Below, piece after piece: positions 59,012 to 64,000 of a stretch of DNA of 64,000 nucleotides (its first letter is position 1; each line of letters starts with the position of its first letter). Origin of the DNA: an uncultured delta proteobacterium. GTDB lineage: Bacteria; Desulfobacterota; Binatia; UBA9968. Below the pieces are notes generated by a model. That model was given only the letters and a program-made list of their open reading frames with translations, was not told the DNA's origin and searched no databases. Both the position numbers and the translations under genes were made by a program. The stretch is taken from assembly GCA_963840855.1 (NCBI GenBank), contig CAWJBB010000079.1:1-64000 (forward strand), given 5' to 3'.

Positions 59012-60135
59012 GCGGATCTATGAAGAACATGACACGCCGCATCGGCATCGACTTCAAAGACGAAGGAACCGGCAGCGAGTTGTCCGCGCGAGATGTTCTC
59101 GACCTGGCGCGCCAGGCGGAAGCGGCCGGCTTCGAAAGCATGTGGCTCAACGAGGACATCGGCAGGGATTCGGTGGCCATGCTTTCCGCCATCGCGACGA
59201 CCACCAAGTCCATTGGAGTAGGCACGGCGATCATCAACGTTTATACCCGCTCCGCGTTTCAGATCGCGATGGCGGCGGCGACCCTCGATGACCTCTCTCA
59301 GGGTCGCACGCGCCTGGGATTGAGCGTTGGCCATCATCCCTGGAACGATCTAGCGCATGGCATTCCGCTCGAAGCGCCGCTCGCCCGGCTGCGCGAATAT
59401 GTGCAGTTCATCCGCAAAGCGCTGACCGGCAAACAATTCACCCATGACGGCCGCTTCTTTTCCGGCGTCAATAGCAAACTCGGCGTTAGCCAGCCGCGGC
59501 CGGATTTGCCGATTTACATTGGGGGGACCCGGCCTCGCATGGTGGCCCTGGCCGGCGAGATTGCCGACGGGTTATTGACCAACGTCGTGTCGCCTTACTA
59601 CATCGCCAACTTCTCGGCGCAGCAGTTCCATGACGCCGCCCGCAAAGCGGGACGCGATCCGAACCGGCTGGAATTCACGGCCATTGCCACCTGTTGCGCC
59701 CATGACGATCGCTCAACGGCTCTCGACCATGCCCGCGCTACTTTTATACAACGCTTGCGCGGCAACCCGGACCGCATGATCGAAACCCAGCGTCCGGAAC
59801 ACCGCGATGAGCTGCTCGCTCTAAAAGATCTAGTGGCGCGAGGCGAAATCGAGCGCGCTCAAGAACAGGTGAGCGAACCTTTGGCGACGTCCTTCGTTGG
59901 CGCCGGAAACGGTGATGATATCCGGCGCACCCTCGATAATTATTTCACCGCCGGCTGCACCCGCGTCATCGTCGCGCCGTTTCCGCGCGGCAAAGCATCC
60001 GCGGAACGGCTGATCAGAGCGCTTGCGGATGCTGAAGACCCAGTCTTCGTTGCGCTCGTTCGATCGCTTCAACGTGTTCGCTCTGTACGCCTCCGCTCAG
60101 TCGAATCTCGCGGCCTAGCATCTAGAACATTTTGA
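59008..60135 (+). CDS. LLM-class flavin/F420-dependent oxidoreductase
   Basis: ARQAEAAGFESMWLNE, GTAIINVYTR, LSQGR.RLGL.VG and P.MVALAGEIADG motifs; ATGA overlap at 59008; the longer ORF 58468-60135 is an upstream shadow extension. Confidence 0.88.
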   Translation: MSGSMKNMTRRIGIDFKDEGTGSELSARDVLDLARQAEAAGFESMWLNEDIGRDSVAMLSAIATTTKSIGVGTAIINVYTRSAFQIAMAAATLDDLSQGRTRLGLSVGHHPWNDLAHGIPLEAPLARLREYVQFIRKALTGKQFTHDGRFFSGVNSKLGVSQPRPDLPIYIGGTRPRMVALAGEIADGLLTNVVSPYYIANFSAQQFHDAARKAGRDPNRLEFTAIATCCAHDDRSTALDHARATFIQRLRGNPDRMIETQRPEHRDELLALKDLVARGEIERAQEQVSEPLATSFVGAGNGDDIRRTLDNYFTAGCTRVIVAPFPRGKASAERLIRALADAEDPVFVALVRSLQRVRSVRLRSVESRGLASRTF

Positions 60136-60144
60136 TTAGCCTGC
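60025..60144. mobile_element. Degenerate second copy of the MITE-like element, overlapping the LLM gene 3' end
   Basis: Shares cttcgttgcgctcg, tcaacgt, gtacgcctccgctca and ttttga...gcctgc with 55809-55933. Confidence 0.65.
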
Positions 60145-60169
60145 AAACTCGAAACTCGACACAACGTCG

Positions 60170-61333
60170 CTATTTCACTACCCCTTGCGATCGCAGATCG
60201 GCAAGCTCCGCAGCCTTCAAACCTAGAATTCCGGTCAGAACCTCGTCGGTATGTTGGCCGATGGCGGGCGAATCGGCGCGGATGCTCGCTGGCGTCTTGG
60301 ACATATGAATCCACGGCGCCAGCAATTTAATTGGTCCGGCGGTGGTATGGTTGCGGTCGATGAACGCGTTTCGTTCTTTGATATGCGGATCTTCGATCAC
60401 CTCGCCCATCGACAATACCGGCGCGCCGAAATAGTCGATGTGGCGCAGCCCGTCCCAGAGTTCCTGGCGCGTTTTGCCGCGCGCCCACGCTCTGATCAGT
60501 TCTTGCAGCTGTGCGCGATTCTGCCGACGCGCCGGCGCGCTCCCGAAGCGATCGTCTTCGATCAGATCGTTCCGTTCCATGAGCTTTGCTAGCTTCACCC
60601 AGCCGCTGTCGCTGAGGTCCGGAATGCGCAAAGTAAAATAGCCGTCGGCCGCCGGAACGGGCTTATTGCCGATTTCGATGCCGATAAAGTGTTCGTGAAA
60701 TTCGCTGATCATGAAACCGAGTAGCGCTTCTTGCATCGAGACGACGATTCTTTGCCCTTCGCCGGTGCGCTCGCGGGCGTGGAGCGCTGCTAAAATTCCG
60801 CACACCATGCTGACGCCGGCGGCCTCGTCGCCGATGCCGATAGCTTTAGTTCCCGGCGCGCCGTTGTAGTTCCATCCGGTGTGGGTCCAACCGGTCATGC
60901 TGTTATTCGTGTGCGCGGTGCTGCCATAGTCTTTGTAGGGTCCCGATTCGCCGAAGCCGCGGGAGCAGGCGTAGATGAGCCGCGGATTGATTTTCTTGAG
61001 ATCGTCGTAGCCGAGGCCGAATTTCTCCATCGTTCCGGTGTGGTAGTTTTCCACCACTATATCAGCGCGGGCAATCAACTGACGCGCCAGCTCGACACCT
61101 CGCGCGGTTTTTAAATTGAGCACCACGCTCTTCTTGTTGGCGTTGATCCATAAAAACTCGTAGCCATCTATTTTTGCATCGGGCGGCATCCATGAGCGGC
61201 GAAAGCCGTCGCCGGTGGGGGGCTCGACCTTTATGATCTCCGCGCCCATGTGACCGAGCATCATAGTGCAGAACGGTCCATTTAACGCGTGCGTGAAATC
61301 GATAACGCGAATATCATCCAGAGCGCCAGGCAT
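60170..61333 (-). CDS. CoA-transferase family III (CaiB/BaiF)
   Basis: GPFCTM.LG.MGAEIIKVE, NANKKS..LNLK, ADIVVEN, and catalytic Asp in GDEAAG. Confidence 0.93.
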   Translation of the reverse strand: MPGALDDIRVIDFTHALNGPFCTMMLGHMGAEIIKVEPPTGDGFRRSWMPPDAKIDGYEFLWINANKKSVVLNLKTARGVELARQLIARADIVVENYHTGTMEKFGLGYDDLKKINPRLIYACSRGFGESGPYKDYGSTAHTNNSMTGWTHTGWNYNGAPGTKAIGIGDEAAGVSMVCGILAALHARERTGEGQRIVVSMQEALLGFMISEFHEHFIGIEIGNKPVPAADGYFTLRIPDLSDSGWVKLAKLMERNDLIEDDRFGSAPARRQNRAQLQELIRAWARGKTRQELWDGLRHIDYFGAPVLSMGEVIEDPHIKERNAFIDRNHTTAGPIKLLAPWIHMSKTPASIRADSPAIGQHTDEVLTGILGLKAAELADLRSQGVVK

Positions 61334-61496
61334 GATGCCTCCTTTGTTAAGAAAGGATAAGGGATAAAGGCGGAAGGATGAAGCAAACTCTGAGACCTCT
61401 CGGCCACCACCCTTTCGTCGTTTCCCATCATTCCATTATTCCATCACTCCACTTTGTGCTTATAGAGGGCGAAACTTCACGTGACTCGTGGACTGT

Positions 61497-62582
61497 TCAC
61501 AAACCGTAAAACGTTTTCGCGTTGTCGTAGAGAATCTTTTGCACGGCTGTTTGGGAAATCTCGCCTTTGTCGGCGCGTTCTTTCAACAAGCGCGGGAATT
61601 CGTATTCCATGGATGAATCCCGGTGCGTGTAGTCCGAGCCGATCATCAGACTGTCTTCACCGGCGACTTTTAGAACATAGGGCAAGTCTTCGTCGACTTG
61701 GCAGGTGACATACATGCGGTTGGACCTGAGCAATTCTGCGGACAGGTCGTAGCGCGCGAACTGGCTGAATGTCCCGGCGCCGTCGGCGGCCTTTTCCATG
61801 CGCCGTTTCAATTCCCACGCGATGAAGGGAATCCACGAGCAACCGGCCTCGATAATGCCGAAGCGCAGCTTGGGATACTTTTGCGGCAACTGATGGCGGA
61901 TGATTGTATGAAAGGCGTGCACGGTGGGCAGCTGCGAGCGCATGAACGATCCCAACGAAAATTCCCGCGCCGGGACGAAGTCCGGCGTGCCTGAGCCAAT
62001 GTGCACGCAGATCGGCAAGTCCAAGCGGTCGGCTTCTTCGTACAGTGGAAAGAAATACGGATCGGCGGGCCATTTGCCGGCTTCCAGATCGCCTTTCTTG
62101 AGAATGCCGCAGGCGCCGTGGTCTTTGGCGAACCGGAGTTCCTTGATCGCCTCTTCCAAGTTCATCAGCGGCGGCAAACACACCCAACGCAAGCGCCCGC
62201 GGGATTCGGCGCAGCGCTCGGCGAGCCAGCGGTTGTAACTGCGCCTGAGCGCCGTCGACACCTCGGGGCGCTCGGTGGCTTCCATCAAGAACAACGTGGG
62301 ATAGAGCACCTGCACCTCTGTGCCCATCTCGTCCATATCGCGCAAGCGCGCCGCCACGTCCAACAGCTCGCGGGTTGCCACCGTAGTGCGGGTATTTTTA
62401 TCGTCGCGGGTAAAGCGCATCTGGCGATGGCCGTCGATGAGCCAGTAGCGCGTCGGCGGCCGTTTGGGATCGACGCGGTTGGGGGATTGCGTGATCGGTT
62501 TGAACTCTTGTTCGTACTCCCGCAGGTATTCCCAAGTCGCTTCGGTCTCGTCGATGTGAGTATCGGCGTCGATGATCGGCAT
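61497..62582 (-). CDS. Amidohydrolase family 2 protein
   Basis: IDADTH, DMDEMG..QVLYPT, CVH, IEAG and GSDYTH motifs. Confidence 0.9.
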   Translation of the reverse strand: MPIIDADTHIDETEATWEYLREYEQEFKPITQSPNRVDPKRPPTRYWLIDGHRQMRFTRDDKNTRTTVATRELLDVAARLRDMDEMGTEVQVLYPTLFLMEATERPEVSTALRRSYNRWLAERCAESRGRLRWVCLPPLMNLEEAIKELRFAKDHGACGILKKGDLEAGKWPADPYFFPLYEEADRLDLPICVHIGSGTPDFVPAREFSLGSFMRSQLPTVHAFHTIIRHQLPQKYPKLRFGIIEAGCSWIPFIAWELKRRMEKAADGAGTFSQFARYDLSAELLRSNRMYVTCQVDEDLPYVLKVAGEDSLMIGSDYTHRDSSMEYEFPRLLKERADKGEISQTAVQKILYDNAKTFYGL

Positions 62583-62787
62583 AGCATACCTCCGCTAACG
62601 CCTGTTGATGTGGAGATATTAACCACAAAGAGTACCTAGTTCGCAAAAAGAAAGTTAACCGCAAAGAACCTAACGGGCGCAAAAAGAGGGACTCACCATG
62701 AAAAACACGAAGTTCACGAAGTTTAAGAATATAGTGTTCTTCGTGCCGCCTTTGAAAATACCGGGCGTGAGGATGGGCTTTAGAATT

Positions 62788-62898
62788 GTAGCCTGGATGG
62801 AGCGAAGCGGAATCCAGGAAGGTGACATGGGGCGTGGCAGAGGCAACGGCGTGCGTGAATGAAGAAACCCGGATTACGCTTTGCTCCATCCGGGCTAC
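62788..62898. repeat. Inverted pair of GTAG-type REP elements (REPIN-like)
   Basis: GTAGCCTGGATGGAGCGAAGCGGAATCCAGG on + and GTAGCCCGGATGGAGCAAAGCGTAATCCGGG on -, separated by about 49 bp. Confidence 0.85.
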
Positions 62899-62974
62899 GA
62901 AGGGGAATCCTCCATTTTCATGACCTGTGGGCGAGCGTAAGATCATGAATCACTTCGTGGTGAATCCCCATGCG

Positions 62975-63007
62975 AAAAAAAGGGCCACTCGGGGTGAGTG
63001 ACCCTTT
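62975..63007 (-). terminator. Rho-independent terminator
   Basis: Minus strand AAAAGGGTCACTC-acccc-GAGTGGCCC-TTTTTTT, about 30 bp after the amidohydrolase stop. Confidence 0.75.
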
Positions 63008-63038
63008 TCAACTTCGTTATTAATTTCGACGGCTTCGG

Positions 63039-64000
63039 TCAGTTATTGATGCCGTCGATTTTTAGATCGTACAGCTTGATGACGTTTTCGCGCACGACCT
63101 TTCTCAGCACGTCTTTGGGCAGGTGGCCGAGTTCTTCGGCTATGACTTTGCGCGAATGCGGCCAGGTGGAGGCGGCGTGGGGATAGTCATTGGACCACAT
63201 GAAAGTGTCTTGGCCGTAGCGGTTCATCAGCACGCCGCCGCTGGGGTCGCTAAAAAAAGTCGCGTACACCTGCTCGTTCACATATTCGCCGGGCAGCTTC
63301 TTCATGAACGGCAGCGGCACTTTGTTCTTGAAGCGAACATAATATTTATCCCACTCGTGGGTGTAGAAGGGCAGCCAGGCGCATTCATTCTCGACGTAGA
63401 CTATTTTCAGTTTAGGAAAGCGCGCCAGCACGCCGCTGAAAACAATGTCGAATAGAGTATTCGCAGCGTCATTGAGCTTGTCGTTGACCGCGGTTCTGTA
63501 GGTGTCGAGCCCCTTGCGCTCGAAGCGGCTGTAATTGAACCCGGTGAGGATGTGCAGGTTGACCGGCATGTTCATATCAGCCGCGGCTTCCCAGAACGGA
63601 TCGTAGTAATCGCTGGTGAACCTTAAATGCTCCGGCGGCACCTGCCAGATCAAACAGCCGACGAGCCCGGCCTTTTTACAGCGCTCCAGCTCTTTGACGG
63701 CATTTTTGATATTGTAAAGCGAAATCATCGGAATTCCGATCAGGCGTCCGGGTGTCACCTTGCAATAATCGATCATCCAATCGTTGGCGATTTGAAAACA
63801 GGCTTCCTGGAGTTCCGGGTCTTCGATGGCAAAAAGGCGCAATCCGAGGGTCGGATAAAGCACTTCGGCGGTGACGCCGTCGACTTCCATCTCACCGATG
63901 CGCGCCTTGGGATCCCAACCGCCGGTCTTCTCGCCGGGCGAGTTGCGTTTGGGATAATCGGGAAACTTACTCTTCAACGATTGGGGAAGGGCCTTTGTCC
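63039..64000 (-). CDS. Amidohydrolase family 2 protein (5' end outside the window)
   Basis: GGWDPKARI.EM..DGV.AEVLYPT, NLH, VENE..W and WSNDYPH motifs; frame runs to the window edge. Confidence 0.9.
   Translation of the reverse strand, partial: TKALPQSLKSKFPDYPKRNSPGEKTGGWDPKARIGEMEVDGVTAEVLYPTLGLRLFAIEDPELQEACFQIANDWMIDYCKVTPGRLIGIPMISLYNIKNAVKELERCKKAGLVGCLIWQVPPEHLRFTSDYYDPFWEAAADMNMPVNLHILTGFNYSRFERKGLDTYRTAVNDKLNDAANTLFDIVFSGVLARFPKLKIVYVENECAWLPFYTHEWDKYYVRFKNKVPLPFMKKLPGEYVNEQVYATFFSDPSGGVLMNRYGQDTFMWSNDYPHAASTWPHSRKVIAEELGHLPKDVLRKVVRENVIKLYDLKIDGINN

Overview
GC-rich bacterial window with no rRNA, tRNA, CRISPR array or intact transposase or integrase that I could see. The gene content suggests a Candidatus Binatia/Binatota-like or related deltaproteobacterial genome (inference): many substrate-binding-fold proteins, family-2 amidohydrolases, TctC/Bug receptors, MmgE/PrpD, a ThDP enzyme, LLM and GMC oxidoreductases and a CoA-transferase III. 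It holds about 50 genes, including 16 substrate-binding-fold genes against only 3 permeases and 1 ATPase, a dinB-xth pair, and several intact or decayed toxin-antitoxin modules. Main observations: (1) an OsmC-family gene at 30159-30725 that the ORF track splits in two, with an in-frame UGA at the catalytic Cys position followed directly by a SECIS-like hairpin, so probably a selenoprotein; (2) three near-identical, mosaic copies of a signal-peptide-less NMT1/SsuA/DszB-fold gene, each carrying an upstream remnant of a Y1/RAYT transposase; (3) further putative transposase 3' ends (GGGGTCAAATC), GTAG-type REPs, a MITE-like pair and several short-period intergenic repeat families; (4) enzymes with substituted catalytic motifs. 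Six small frameshifts in otherwise intact genes look like long-read sequencing errors. All family calls come from motif recognition by eye; no database search was run.
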